Part shown: piece after piece, positions 21,404 through 40,792 of the stretch
Layout of the letters: every line of letters starts with the position of its first letter
Position numbering within the stretch: position 1 is the stretch's first letter
From: Chrysomallon squamiferum
Lineage: Eukaryota; Animalia; Mollusca
Reading direction: 5' to 3'
DNA length: 64,000 nt
Assembly: GCA_012295275.1 (NCBI GenBank)
Contig: CM022679.1
Location: 27,466,001 to 27,530,000, forward strand
The notes under the pieces: generated by a model
What the model was told of the DNA's origin: nothing
Seen by the model: only the letters and a program-made list of their open reading frames with translations
Database searches by the model: none
Program-made: the position numbers and the translations under genes

Positions 21404-22806
21404 CCTTTACATCATCTGCAAGCACAGTATACAACATTTACAGTAAGTTCAGTCTACTGCTATTATTTTATTTTTTTATTTATTTATTACTTCTTTTTTT
21501 TTTTTCTTCTTTGTTATAAACTCGTCATAATATTATAATTTTCCTCACTGAAATACAATTTCTAAATTTTTTATTATTATTATTTTTTTAAAATACAAGA
21601 TTTTACATTCAAAGCAATACTGAGAAAATAGACACTATATATATATATCTAGATAGATACATACATACACACGTCTGTGCATGCCCTTGTTTTGGTTCAG
21701 TCTATAAATATTTTCAGACAGCAAAAAGAAAACATTAGATAACATAACCAAACAATTACATTCAAACGTGTTCCAAAAAGAAGGATAATTTAACACTGAG
21801 TTGGCGTAGGGCTGAGGACAGACTGTTCAAGAGCTTACTGTCCTTTCTAAACAACATTGCATTCTCTTATCTCATCGTAGTGTCCTAAATCTGACGAAAA
21901 ACAATAAAGATATTCACTACCGACCCACCTGAACATCAACAACTGTTAAAATCAATTAACTGAGAGATGAACCACGACATATTTAACTTTACGACGACAA
22001 CAACGACAGCATTAAACAAAATATGTTTCCTTCAACATAGCCAGTATCCCGCTTGCCTGCACGTTTTAGATACCCTTATGTTATTTATAAGACGATCCTT
22101 GGTTACTAGATTTCTCGATATCACAAATTACAGGTCTGCTGGTAAATTCAGTTTGTTATATAAACGCTTTGACATTCCAGAGATATACATATACAATCCA
22201 TTATACGACTGAGACGCTCCGTTGGCTAGCATGGCGTGTTCGTTTAGTGTCACCAGAAATACGTTATTCGATCGTATTTAGAGTTCACAATTCTGTATAG
22301 TAAGCTTAGGTCAATTCGTTTTGCTCATTCTGCCTTTCTGTTCAGTAGTTCTTATGAAATAAGCTTCTTTTTTTTGAAATGTAGTACAAATTTCTATTAC
22401 AAATTTCTATATATATGTATGTATGTATGTATGTAAAGCGAGAGAGAGAGAAACTGAAATATATTCTAAATTTATATTTTCTTTCCACTAATCATACAGC
22501 TGGTTCCCATTTTTTAGTATTTCATCATTCACACTAATATAATGTTTTGTCGTCAAAATAATGACTCCAGCTAAAAAATAAATAAACGAATCAAATGATT
22601 CATGATAATTTTATTTCAATTTGATCTTATTAACATCATGTAAAAATTAAATAAATAACAAATAAAATATCGACAACCAAAGTGACAGTAATCAGTACAG
22701 AAAAACAGTAATCGTGCCATATCTTGTGTGCGTCTTTCCTCAAGTTGACAGTCAGTCGTTATTTTATACGAACATCATTATAAAGTACGAGGCATTTTAT
22801 TATCAC

Positions 22807-22837
<31 letters not shown>

Positions 22838-23075
22838 TGACTTTCTGTCAAACTCATAACTACGTAAATAAAAATACACAAACAACATGTATAATAATAA
22901 CAGATACTCACTTCATGCGATTTTGGTGTGCATTACAAATACTTTAAACAATATTTACTTCTGTTAGTAAGACTACCATTGCTGCTTCTACTGCTATTAG
23001 TTCTAGACCATTGATGATGACAACGATGATAGTATAATAATATAAAGATCTGAATTCACTGATTGGCGGGTCAAG

Positions 23076-24530
23076 TTAACGAATCACGTGATCCATGACG
23101 AACTGTATTGCTTCACTGCGCTTGAGAACTCGAGGAATTTTAAACTGATCTGCGGAAACTGCGGTCGTTTCTATTATAAAGTCACGTAACTTCGCGAATG
23201 TTCCCGAAGCTACTTGGTGCACCTTCATTGGTCCAATGCTTCCCTTTTCTCGGAAGGAATCGTAAACAAATGATTGTGAACGAAGTGTTTCATCGATCTG
23301 GAAAAATAAATAAGTAAATAAATAAATGAAAAAGTGGTTTTCATTCCGTTAAATTGTCGTGACCCTTGTTTTATTATAGAAATCACATTACTGTTTAGAC
23401 AAACACACACAAAGATACACACGCAAACATTTAAACATACACACGGATGTAAACCAGTAATAAAATGGATATATAAACAAATAAACAAACAAACAACAAA
23501 CAGACAGACAGACAACCAAAGAAACAAAGAAACAAAACAAACAAAAATAAATGAATAAAATAATTACTCACCATATGAAGCTGAATGTCTGTAACAGTTC
23601 CTTTTAGTTCGAGGAAAACGTGATAGAAGGGAGACTCGCCACTTGGTTCTGAAATTCAAATAATTCTTTTGTTAATCATTTTCATAACAGATTTGATATT
23701 TGAAATACGTTCCGTTAATTTTACCAGTCTTGTGACTGAATAGTCATATACATAACACAAAGAGATCTTAGCACTGATTGGTTCCATGTATTCTCTTCTC
23801 CTTTCTGATTGGTTATGATTAATTCTATCTCTAATCTCACCTGGCTAAAACTAATTTTGATTTCAACGTAGCTGGGTGTGCCTGCCAACATTTATTAAAA
23901 TCAGTAACAATTTCAAAAGTAATATGAATAGTTTATACTTAAAATAATAATATTAATACTAATAGTAATAATGCCATTATTCTAGGTTCACTTATACCGA
24001 CCCGTTTCATCGACAATACTGCTCTCTACGCATGTGTAATCTATCAACGTCACTTCCGGCCACCTACAAACGGTTGTTTCTAGTGCACGATAAAAAACAG
24101 GTTCTGGTGTTTTCTCTCCTCTCACATTCAACATCTGGCCCTGCCTGTTGAAAAACAAATAATTATATTTATCAACATCGTCAGTGTCCTCGCCATCATT
24201 AGTAACCCTCTTTTAAGACAAGTAAAATCAAACTGATAAAATCATTAAAAATAATTAAAACTGTGTGTGCGTGTGTGGTTGTGTGTGTAAGTGTGTCTGT
24301 GTGTCTGTACATGTGTGTGTGTGTGAAATTGCCCTAGAGTTATTATATAATTACCTGTATAAAAATTCTACGACCGGACATTCGTTATAGAAATCGACAA
24401 TTCTGATGACGTCACCGAGACGGTATCTATAGAGACAGCTGAGATTAGTGACGACAACTTCATAGTCATTGTTCAACTGTACCTGAATGTAAAGAGAGGT
24501 AACATCCTTTTAATTTTGTTACTTTCCAAA

Positions 24531-24563
<33 letters not shown>

Positions 24564-27404
24564 CCGTAAATTTCGTAACTTAATCTTACGCTAAATCATG
24601 AACAATCCTAGCGATTCATTTCGTACAAAGACTTTATTGTTATTACTAGTGTTATAATTCAAGAACCATTACTATTATTCAGTAGTACAGTACCTACAAC
24701 ATTTATTGTTATTACTTTACAGTTCTATTATTACAACAACTGTTACTATATCTTTACATTTCAATCACTACAAACTATTACTACTTCTATTACTACTATT
24801 ACTACTACTGTTGCTATTACTGTTTCTTCAGCTACGTCTGCTGCTACATCTACTACAACTATTAATACTACATCTACTACTAGTATTATTACCTCGTGCA
24901 ATAGCAACGTCTTTGGCTGTATTTCATCTGAGTTTTGAACAGGAATAAACTCGTATATTTGTGAAGACGGAACCAAGACATATCTACCGTCAGCAGCATC
25001 AGGCCAAATATTAACTCCAAGAAGACCTTCTGATGCGATGTACATCATCGAGAACAACGGCACGCCGTCCATGTACGTCTCTTTGAGCTTTCTGGCGTAG
25101 ATCTCGAAAGAACCAGTGGCTACGGTGGTGGCGATGTTGAGATCAGGCCAAATTCGTTTCGCCAGGCCAACGATGCCGCTTCTACGTGCCGCTCGAAGTT
25201 CGTCTGCTCTCTCGGGATCAGACGTCAGACTTTCGTTCAGTCGATCTCTGACGTCCTTCTTAATGTTCAACGACTCTTTAACACGTCCACTTTCGATATC
25301 ATTTATCAGGTCGTTCCAGTGATAATCTAGCATTTTGAAAGCATTCAGTAAAATGAAAGCAAAATTGGTTTCCAAAATTCCCACCGATCTTTCTTTAATA
25401 CCGAACAAAAGATGGATGTAAAGCGCCTCCGGTTCCGTTTCTATTTCGTATCCGGCAGATGGCGTTGTGTACATGTGTAGAGTTAACTTCATCCTGTTTG
25501 GCGAAGGCGAACTGGAACCGAGAGGGGTGCCGTCTGCCGTCGTCCTGGGTTTCGAGTTGTAGAATATTTTAAAGGTTTTCTGCAGCAGTTTGATGTTAGG
25601 AAATGTGCTAGCCATTCTGTAGTATGCCTCGGAGGCGCCATCAGTCAAACTGTTCATCACCTGACGTTTTAGTACAGGCAGGAGTTTGCCCTTGCCTGTT
25701 GTTCCAGAAGTGACTGAATATCGAGATGGTTTCTGTGACGTCAGGACGTCTTTCTCTCCTTCCGTCATTCTGGAAACGTACTGTTCGTAATGACTGTACT
25801 GCGTTAAAGGATGCTTCTTTTTGAAATCTTCTAAGGATTTTATTTGAGAAAAACCGTACAGTTTGCCGTATTCGCATTGTTCGTTTTCCTTGAGCTTTCT
25901 CAACAGCAGTTTTTCCTGCACTTTCTGCACGTTTTTAGAGTTGCTCTCTAATTTTCTGTGGGCGAAGTAGCCGACAAGCAGCACCATCTGGATGCACAGA
26001 TAATGTTTGAGAACGTCTAGTATTGAACTGAAGACGGTTTTGCTTCGTCTGATGGCGTCGTAGACGAGCCAGCACGCGCCAGCTGCAACAAGCAGCGTCA
26101 GTGTCGTGCAGCTAAACTTGTACACAGCCAAGATGGCGACGAAAAATCCAATAAGTATGCTGGAATCTGAAACAGTAATACAAACTGGTGACAAACGAAC
26201 AGTCTAAGCACTGGATAAAACCTTCCAATTATTTTCTTTGTATGCTGCCTACGTGACTGTGTATGTAAAACTTATCTTCCTGCTAACTGGTAATGAACTA
26301 CTAAAAGTGCATCTTCTGCTAATATTACTAATCTTCCTTTTAGTACTTTTATTCTTACTACAACTCATACTGCTGCTAGCTCTACTATTAATATTAATAC
26401 TACTGCAGTTATTAGTATTAACATTGCTATTATTATTATTACTAATACTATTCTATCTGCTACTATCATTCCTACTACTACTGATTCTGCTACTAAAACT
26501 TAATAATGGTACTGATACTACTACTGATACTCACTAACTGAATTAACTGACTGTCTGTCTGTCTCTCGCACTGTGTATGACCAACTGAACGACTGTCCGC
26601 ATGACAGAGAGTTTCACTTTCCTATCGACTGTCTCTGTATGACTCAGTGTGTAGCGTATAATCTAATTTTCTGTATTACTTCATGACTATTTCTTACTGT
26701 CTGTGTGAGTCTGATTGTTTCTCTCTGGTTTTGTGACTGACGGTTTTTGATTTACTAACAAGCTCTCTGGTTTACGATCAATATGACTTTCTCTCTGAAT
26801 TACTAGGTTTACCGACTGACCTAAAATGAATGAGTAAAATCGGTAAACCTTGATGATCACCTGCTTATATTACTAAGCGATTTACTGATTTGTATCGATA
26901 CTTCACAGTATAGGACATGCCACAATCTTTGATAAACTATATCAGTTGTATTTCCCATGTAAACAGCCCTGCAGAGAGATCGAGAATGAGTGGTACTATG
27001 ACCCGTTAGATTTCGTGTGGAAGCTTTAAGCACTGAGCTGCAATATGATCTTTGTTTATAGTAATATAATGTTTCTGATTTGCGACGTAAATACATCAGA
27101 ATTATAAACACTTGTAAATGTTTAGGCCGTGGTCAAGATCAGTACAGAACGAATATCAACTTATCTAATTATTATATCAGGCGTCACATCATCATCATCA
27201 TCATCATCATTATTATTATCATCATAATAATCGTTATTACTATTACTATTATTATTATTATTATTATTATTTACTTCAAACAAAAGAAAAACGATCGGAT
27301 ATATTAGAGATAAAAGCTTGTGAAAACAAAAATTGAGATAGAAAATAGAGAAAGAGAAATAAAGATAAACAACAATCACAGTGTGTGTGTGTGCGTGTGT
27401 GTGC

Positions 27405-27503
<99 letters not shown>

Positions 27504-27614
27504 ACAAAGCTAAGCAAACATAAAATTAATTCTGGTATTAACAACAACAACACCACCAATAGTAATAATAAAAACGTTCCACTTACCTTGAACAGTAATC
27601 TTTACCGCTGTCAT
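23076..27614 (-). CDS. GHDC: GH3-domain-containing protein (acyl acid-amido synthetase family), copy 1; 6 exons, 623 aa, intact
   Basis: Exons 27614-27587 (MTAVKITVQ), 26166-24893, 24482-24355, 24144-24002, 23648-23572, 23297-23076; 1872 nt open. GH3 motifs are present: VTSGTTGKGK (P-loop), YIASEG, LYRYRLGD and C-terminal QFKIPR. N-terminal hydrophobic helices resemble animal GHDC. Confidence 0.9.
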
Positions 27615-28793
27615 ACTGCTAAACAAAAGGCGAGATATTTTTACTCTGTCACTTCTGCTACCACTGTGAACTGAGTATTTGCTTGTGACTAGTTCACTGG
27701 TTCATTGCGCATATAAAAAAGGCGGTTTATGAGACGTCTGCTTAACGCGTTTGCTATTGAACAGTAGTGTGTCATGTGATTGTTGAAAGAAAATTTATAT
27801 TTTGTCATGCGCAGTTTCGTGACCTTTGCTCTTTCTGGATACTGTAAAAATTAATCATGGTCGTCTTTGATGATACTGCACAACAGCAGTCGTTTGTTTC
27901 CCCAAAATAACGACGCAAGCAGACGTGAAAATGAGTAACGCGGTATCGTTGTAATTTAGAAGCACGTGGACACTGAAACCGTACATTATTCGTTTTTGTT
28001 GATTGTATCATTTTTATTTTAATCTACCCACTAAAACTGTGATTGTTTAAATTTAAGAACCCCCCCAGCAAGAACAGTAATAAAAACAACAATAACAAAC
28101 AAAGAAAAGCAAAAATAAAAAATGGAAGAAACAGCAAAAGAAAAAAAAAGAAAGAAAAAAAAGGAAGAAAAATATTAGTACTAACAAAAATATTAATAAT
28201 AAAATAAATAAAATAAAATAATAGAAAATTAAAATAAAATAATAACCTCATATGTATAGTACTCATATAGTATAATTTTAAGAAGAAAAATACTGAGAAA
28301 AAAACAAACAGAATACTTTTATTTACTATTTGTAAAAACTGATCACGTATTTATTCAGTCAGAGTAAATTATGTCTTCACCTGTTTCTTTGTTATTTCCC
28401 TGAAACATGGAGTGTGTTGTTTTTTACATTCTGTGTTTGTTTTTGTCGTATGGTGTGGTTTTTTTTGGTGTTTTTTTCACCTTATCTAAAGCATCATGGA
28501 ACAAAGGAATAGTATGCAGTTAAAATATATCAAATAGTAGTTAACGCCTAAATGTATTTATTTACCTGATAGACAGTGTACTGAACTGACTGTCTGTGTA
28601 CAATCGTGAGAAAAACATACTCAAGTATTTTACGGGTTTTTTGTGGCAGTGGTTTCGGTGGTCGCGCAAGTTTATAAATTTCAACTTAACCTTTCAGTAT
28701 CAAAAATTAAACTGTCTTCTAAGAGTTATCTCCCTTCTGTGTCATCCTGACTGGACCTCCGTTGCCAGAATGTATGTTTGCATGCTGTGAGTT

Positions 28794-28824
<31 letters not shown>

Positions 28825-29146
28825 TTTTGGTTGCGTGTGCGTATGTTGTCCTTTTGCTTTTTGGTTATAATCTTCTCAGTTATTTTCCTAACTGAATTAA
28901 AAGCTTTCAGTGGCATGTACAGTGGCACCTGTCTTGTACGAACACCTGTGGCTCCGAGCAAAACTGTCAGTACATCGCGAGTGTCTGTTATTATCATGCA
29001 CGTTCTTTGTGTATTAGATCTGTATTTTTATTTACTCTTTCCACTCAACGTTAACTTGAGAAAAAATGAACACTAGATATGGCACCATTATTTGTATATA
29101 AAATGTTATATTGTAATGCTAAAACCGCTTTAATCTGATATTTTTC

Positions 29147-29192
<46 letters not shown>

Positions 29193-30239
29193 TAATAAGA
29201 ACGATAACATAACATACAACAATAAGAAGAAGAAGAAGAAGAAGGCTGACGAGGATGACAATAATAAGATAAATAATACCTATCTAGTATTAGTGTATAC
29301 TTGAAGTTATTAAATAATTTAAAAGTGGAAGCGTTTTAAAGAATGAAATGGAAAATAATTAAATAAATAAATAAATAAATATAGTAAGTAGATCTGGGCT
29401 GATCTCAAATCTAAAAATAAATGCAAGTTTGTTACTGTTGTCATGATCAAATGCTTTACGAAACACCCAAACAGTTCATTCTTTTTCTTGCAGTTTTTAT
29501 ATTGAATAACAGACAAGCAAAACAACTGTTAATACTACAACAGCGGCTAGATTTGTGTTTGCTTAATCGAAAGTGTCTAAATAACTGACACATGCATATG
29601 AGATGATACTGGAAAATAGTAGAAACGTTTCCGTGGGCGCATTGAATTTCATGGGCTTTTATTTTATAGTCCGTTCTGGTCTGTCGATTAACAGATGGTA
29701 AATTATCTAATACAATTAATTTTTTTTTTTATTTCAGCACTTTGTTTTCTGTACATATTGTTGTTTTATTTTATTTTTTTTTTTTTTTTTTTAAATTTTT
29801 ACATGATGTTAATAAGATCAAATTTAAATAAAATTATTATAAATCATATGATTCGTTTTGTTTACTTTTTTAGTTGGAGTCATCATTGTAAGGACAAAAC
29901 ATGTTAATGGTAACCAGCAAGTTGCGTTTCTGCTGGCCTTTAAACATGGTTATAAATGAAAATTATAATAAATTAAAACAAGTAATCACATAACTGTGAG
30001 AGGATAACTGATACACGACACTGTCAAACTGAAACTGAGCCGTGCTGTATGCACGCCCCGAAAACAAAAACATGGCTTCGAACTGCAGCCAACCCGCGAA
30101 ATTCAAAAAGTTTAACAAAACAAAAATAATAAAATTAAAAAAAAGTAGCCGATTTTCTGTTATTTCCGGATGTCATAAAGTGGGATAAGAGGTTCGTTCC
30201 TGTATATAGGTACATAAGTAGAACTGGAAATAACCCATT

Positions 30240-30951
30240 AATAATTATGATTATGAATTTATGAATTGAGAATTCTCTCCCTTTAGTTCAAAAGATCGCA
30301 GAAATGTTAACTCCATGTTGATTTTATTTGAAAGAGTACCAAGAAGAAATGTGCTTATTTATTTATTTCACTAACGTCTAGATACTCCAAACCTCATTCT
30401 TCTTTCTCTTCTTCTTCTTCTTCTTCTTCTTCTTCTTCTTCTTCTTCTTCTTCCAAGAAAGTAAATACATTTCCATTGACGTTTCTCTACCTTTCATTCA
30501 ACAGAATATTCAGTCTTTCCATTCAGTAATTTGATCGTTGATATACATTTATTTAACTTAATTGAAAAATGTCCAAAGACAACATAAAAATTGATATGGC
30601 TAGTTGAAATGAAGTAGAATACTATTTAAAAAATAATAAAAAGTGTTTCATGGGTTATTTCACACAAAAAAAGCCGAGTATTTAGTTACACGAAACATCT
30701 GAGGATAATTATACAGTATAAAAACTTACTAAATTTCTAATTTTAAACACATTGAAGAATACATTAATATTAATAGATGAGCGTGTTTGAAACAGGTACT
30801 TTCCTTTTTTTTTTTTTCTTTCTTTCTTTTCTTTTCTTCTTCTTCTTCTTCTTATTATTATTATTTAAAATTTTTTAATATAGTTCTATATATTAAAACT
30901 ATATTAGTCCAGATATTATTATAGCTATGTTTCTTTTCTATTTTTATATAT

Positions 30952-31015
<64 letters not shown>

Positions 31016-31190
31016 TATTATTACATATTCATTAAAGTATTTCTGAAGAAAAAAAAACAAATGACTTTTTAATGGTTTCTAAACTGAATGAATGAATTAT
31101 TAACATCTGTTTTTATTCAGGACGAAGAACTTCATGGCTAAGTGAAAAAAAAAAAAAAAAAAAAAAGGATTTGAAAATGTATCAAAACTG
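30240..31190 (+). pseudogene. Hydrolase relic in the palindrome spacer (intron-1 homologue plus decayed exon 2)
   Basis: ttttattcag GACGAAGAACTTCATGGCTAAGTG(A)nGGATTTGAAAATG at 31121-31190 matches exon 2 but has a stop and a polyA expansion. The upstream sequence matches hydrolase intron 1 (L1 ~20050-20750 reverse complement; R1 ~40210-40990). Confidence 0.7.
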
Positions 31191-31903
31191 AATATGAATA
31201 AACAATTTATAAAATTTAGAAGATCACACTAGATTTAACCCTTAAATTATATAGGGTATTTTCTGCATGAATGAAAAACTGTTCAAAGTCTATATGCGAA
31301 AAAAGTAAAGAAAGTTAAACTTATAAAAACGAAAAAACACTGGGATACACGCACAGTCACACACACACACATACGTATGTAAGTTTATATATGTATGTAC
31401 GTATATGTTTGAGTGCGCTCGTTCTTATGTCCAAGTACAAATACGTACATGAAAACGAATGACATTTTCTCTTGTACGTACTTTTTATTCATTAAACTCG
31501 ACAGATATTTTAATTTACAAATGACACATGATAATAATGCCGTACTTGATGACACACACGTAAAACCGGAGATTATGGGTTTGATTATGGGTTAAGAGGT
31601 TGATAATTTTTGTTTGTTTTATATGATCTTGAAACACAGACACATGCCCACATGCTACAGTCACGCTATATCGATATAAATAAAATTATATAAAAACATG
31701 TATGTAATTATATACATGCATATATTTATAAAATGCACGTATAATTATTAATGCATACATAAATGCATAGAGACATACACACACACACACACGCACATAT
31801 ATATATATATATATACACATATATATGTATATGCACATATATATATATATATACACATATATATGTATATGCACATATATATATATACACTCATACACAT
31901 ACA

Positions 31904-31938
<35 letters not shown>

Positions 31939-32930
31939 TTATTACTAGTCCCTTTCCGACACTGTATAATTCGTGTGGCGACTCTGGAATGTACCACAGT
32001 CACGTGACAGGGAAACCCAGAATACTAAAAATAGGTCACCGTGTCGTACGGCTTTAGATAAGGTGAAAAAAAAACAAAAAAAAAACACAGAATGTAAAAA
32101 AGAACACACTCCATGTTTCAGGGAAATAACAAAGAAAGAGGTGAAGACATAACTTACTCTGACTGAATAAATAAGTGGTCAGTTTTTACAAATAGTAAAT
32201 AAAAGTATTCTGTTTGATTTTTCTCAGTATTTTTCTTCTTAAAACTATTTTTGGGGATTATTATTTTATTATATTTTATTTTTTTTTTTTTTATTTTATT
32301 TTATTATTAGTATTAGTATTTTCTACTCTTTTTTTTCTGGATTTTTTTTTTTTTTTCCTTGTTTTATTAAAAAAATTCCATTTGCTGTTTCTTCCATTTT
32401 TTTTTTTTTTTTTTTCTTTGTTTGTTATTGTTGTTTTTATTACTGTTCTTTCTGCGGGGGTGGGGTGGGGGTGTCTTAAATTTAAACAGTCACGGTTTTA
32501 CTGGGTAGATTAAAATAAAGATGATACAATCAACAAAAACGAATAATGTCCGGTTTCAGTGTCCACGTGTTCTAAATTACAACGATACCGCGTTACTCAT
32601 TTTCACGTCTGCTTGCGTCGTTATTTTGCGGAAACAAACGCTGCTGTTGTGAAGTATCATCATGAACGTGCAGTAACAAAACGACCATGATTAATTTTTA
32701 CGGTATCCAGAAAGAGCAAAGGTCTCGAAACTGCGCATGACAAAATATAAATTTTCTTTCAACAATCACATGACACACTACTGTTCAATAGCAAACGCGT
32801 TAAGCAGACGATTTAGAAACCGCCTTTTTTATATACGCAATGAACCAGTGAACTAGTCACAAGCAAATACTTGGTTCACAGTGGTAGCAGAAGTGACAGA
32901 GTAAAAATATCTCGCCTTTTGTTTAGCAGT

Positions 32931-38157
<5,227 letters not shown>

Positions 38158-39533
38158 CTTGACCCGTGAATCAGTGAATTCAGATCTTTATATTAATTAT
38201 ACCATCGTTGTCATCATCATTAATGGTCTAGAACTAATAGCAGTAGAAGCAGCAATGGTAGCATTACTAAAAGAAGTAAATATTGTTTAAAGTATTTGTA
38301 ATGCACACCAAAATCGCATGAAACGAGTATCTATTATTATTATACATGTTGTTTGTGTATTTTTATTTACGTAGTTATGAGTTTGACAGAAAGTCATTTT
38401 TTTTTAAAATTTTTTTTTTTTAATTTAGTGATAATAAAATGCCTTGTACTTTATATTCGTGTTCGTATGAAATAACGACTGACTGTCAACTTGAGGAAAG
38501 ACGCACACAAGATATGGCACGATTACTATTTTTCTGTACTGATTATATTCACTTTGGTTGTCGATATTTTATTTGTTATTTATTTAATTTTTACATGATT
38601 TTAATAAGATCAAATTGAAATAAAATTATGATAAATCATTTGATTCGTTTTATTTATTTTTTTAGCTGTAGTCATTATTTTGACGACAAAACATTATATT
38701 AGTGTGAATGATAAAATACTGAAAAATGTGAACCAACTGTACAATTAGTGGGAAGTAAATATAAATTTCGAATATATTTCTTATTTTCTCTCTCTCGCTT
38801 TCCATACAAACATGCATACATATATATATATATATTATTTTAATCGATATATAAAACGAAGTACTTTAATAAGAAAAGAACTACTGAATGAGCAAAACGA
38901 ATTAACCTAAGCTTTCTATACAGAATTGTGAACTCTAAATCGTATAACGTATTTCTGGTGACACTAAACAAACACGCCATGCTATACAACGGAGCGTCTA
39001 GTGGATTGTATATGTATATCTTTGGAATGTCAAAGCGTTTACATAACAAACTGAATTTACCAGCAGACCTGTCATTTGTGACCAAGGATCGTCTTATAAA
39101 TAACATACGGGTGTCTAAAACGTGCAGGCAAGCGGGATACTGGCTATGTTGAAGGAAAAATATTTTGTTTAATTCTGTCGATGTTGTCGTCGTGGTTCAT
39201 TTCTCAGTTAATTTTTTTTTACCGTTGTTGATGTTCAGGTGAGTCGGTAGTAAATATCTTTATTGTTTTTCGTCAGATTTAGGACACTACGAAGAATGCA
39301 ATGTTGTTTAGAAAGGACAGTAAGCTCTTGAACAGTCTGTCCTCAGTCCTACGCCAACTCAGTGTTAAATTATCCTTCTTTCTGGAACACGTTTGAATGT
39401 AATTGTTTCGTTATGTTAACTAATGTTTTCTTTTTGCTGTCTGAACATATTTATAGACTGAACCAAAACAAGGGCATGCACATACAGAAAGAAAGACAGA
39501 CGTATGTATGTATGTGTATGTATGTATCTATCT

Positions 39534-39567
<34 letters not shown>

Positions 39568-39678
39568 TCTATTTTCTCAGTATTGCTTAGAATGTAAAAT
39601 CTTGTATTTCTTAAAAATAATAAAAAATTTAGTAATTGTATTTTAGTGAGGAAAATTATAATATTATGAAAAGATTTT

Positions 39679-39722
<44 letters not shown>

Positions 39723-39824
39723 AAAAAAAGAAGTAATAAATAAATAATTATAAAAATTAAAATAATAGCACTAGACTGAACTTACTGTAAATGTTGTATA
39801 CTGTTCTTGCAGGTGATGTAAACA

Positions 39825-40749
39825 ATGGACTATCAGCCAGTCTCATATTTATTACTGGCAATATCAGGTGTGTTGTTCATCGCCTTCGTCATAGGAATAC
39901 TTATACTGATCTACAATGAAAGGTATGTTAGAATTTAGGACTTTTAAAATCATCTAATTTCGAATCACTGTCTTATAAATTTTAATAATTCAAGTCAATG
40001 ACAACTAAATAAATAAATAAATAAAAGTTTTGCTTTTTCACACTGTGATAATGTAGAAAATATTGGTTATATTACTGCAGGCATTGTGTTGTATCATGGC
40101 AATGATTAAATACGACTAAATGCATTCGCATTTACACATATTAACAATTTATTTATTTATTTATTTATTTATTTATTAATTTATTTATTTATTAAAGTGA
40201 AAGTTAAAAGATTTTGTTTGAAAAAGTTTGAAGAAGAAATTTACTTATTTATTTATTTCAGTAACGTCTACATTTTCCAAGCCTCATTCTTCTTCTTCTT
40301 CTTCTTCTTCTTCTTCTTCTTCCAAGAAAGTAAACACATTTCCATTTCACGTTTCAGTACCTTCCATTCAACAGATGATTCAGTCTTTTCATTCAGTAAT
40401 TTGATCACTGATTTACATTTATTTAACCTTTTGGGGAAAACGTCCAAAGAAAACATAAAAATGGATAGTTGAGTTGAAATCAGATACAACACTATTTAAA
40501 AAAAAAAAAAATGTTTCATAGGTTATTTTTACAAATAAAATGTAGAATATTAAAGTTAAATGACTGAATATTTTATTACACGAAATCCGATAATACCGAT
40601 ACCGTAAAATAAATATAGAATATAAAAAGTGATTAAATTTGTAATTATTACTAACAGTAAGAAGAACGTGTTTCGAAAAGGTACATTTTTCTTTCTTTTC
40701 TTTTTTCTTTCTTCCATTATTATTATTATTATTATGATTATTATGATTA

Positions 40750-40792
<43 letters not shown>

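Larger units (their letters stand above)
14950..28492 (-). repeat. Left arm of the large inverted segmental duplication (GH3 + hydrolase cassette); outer edge approximate
   Basis: Reverse-complement collinear with ~32051-46545. Inner edge: ttttttcaccttatctaaagc (to 28492) pairs with gctttagataaggtgaaaaa (from 32051). Confidence 0.85.

Noticed and set aside
26857-27111. 84-aa ORF conserved in both arms (also 33397-33651)
   Set aside because: It lies inside GH3 intron 1, has no recognisable motif, and its conservation is explained by the recent duplication.
15239-27614. Bacterial or plant horizontal transfer, or contamination (antibiotic-resistance beta-lactamase; auxin GH3)
   Set aside because: Both genes have multiple spliceosomal introns and resemble known animal families (lact-2-like, GHDC). 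Nothing here shows recent transfer or true beta-lactam hydrolysis; a phylogeny would be needed.
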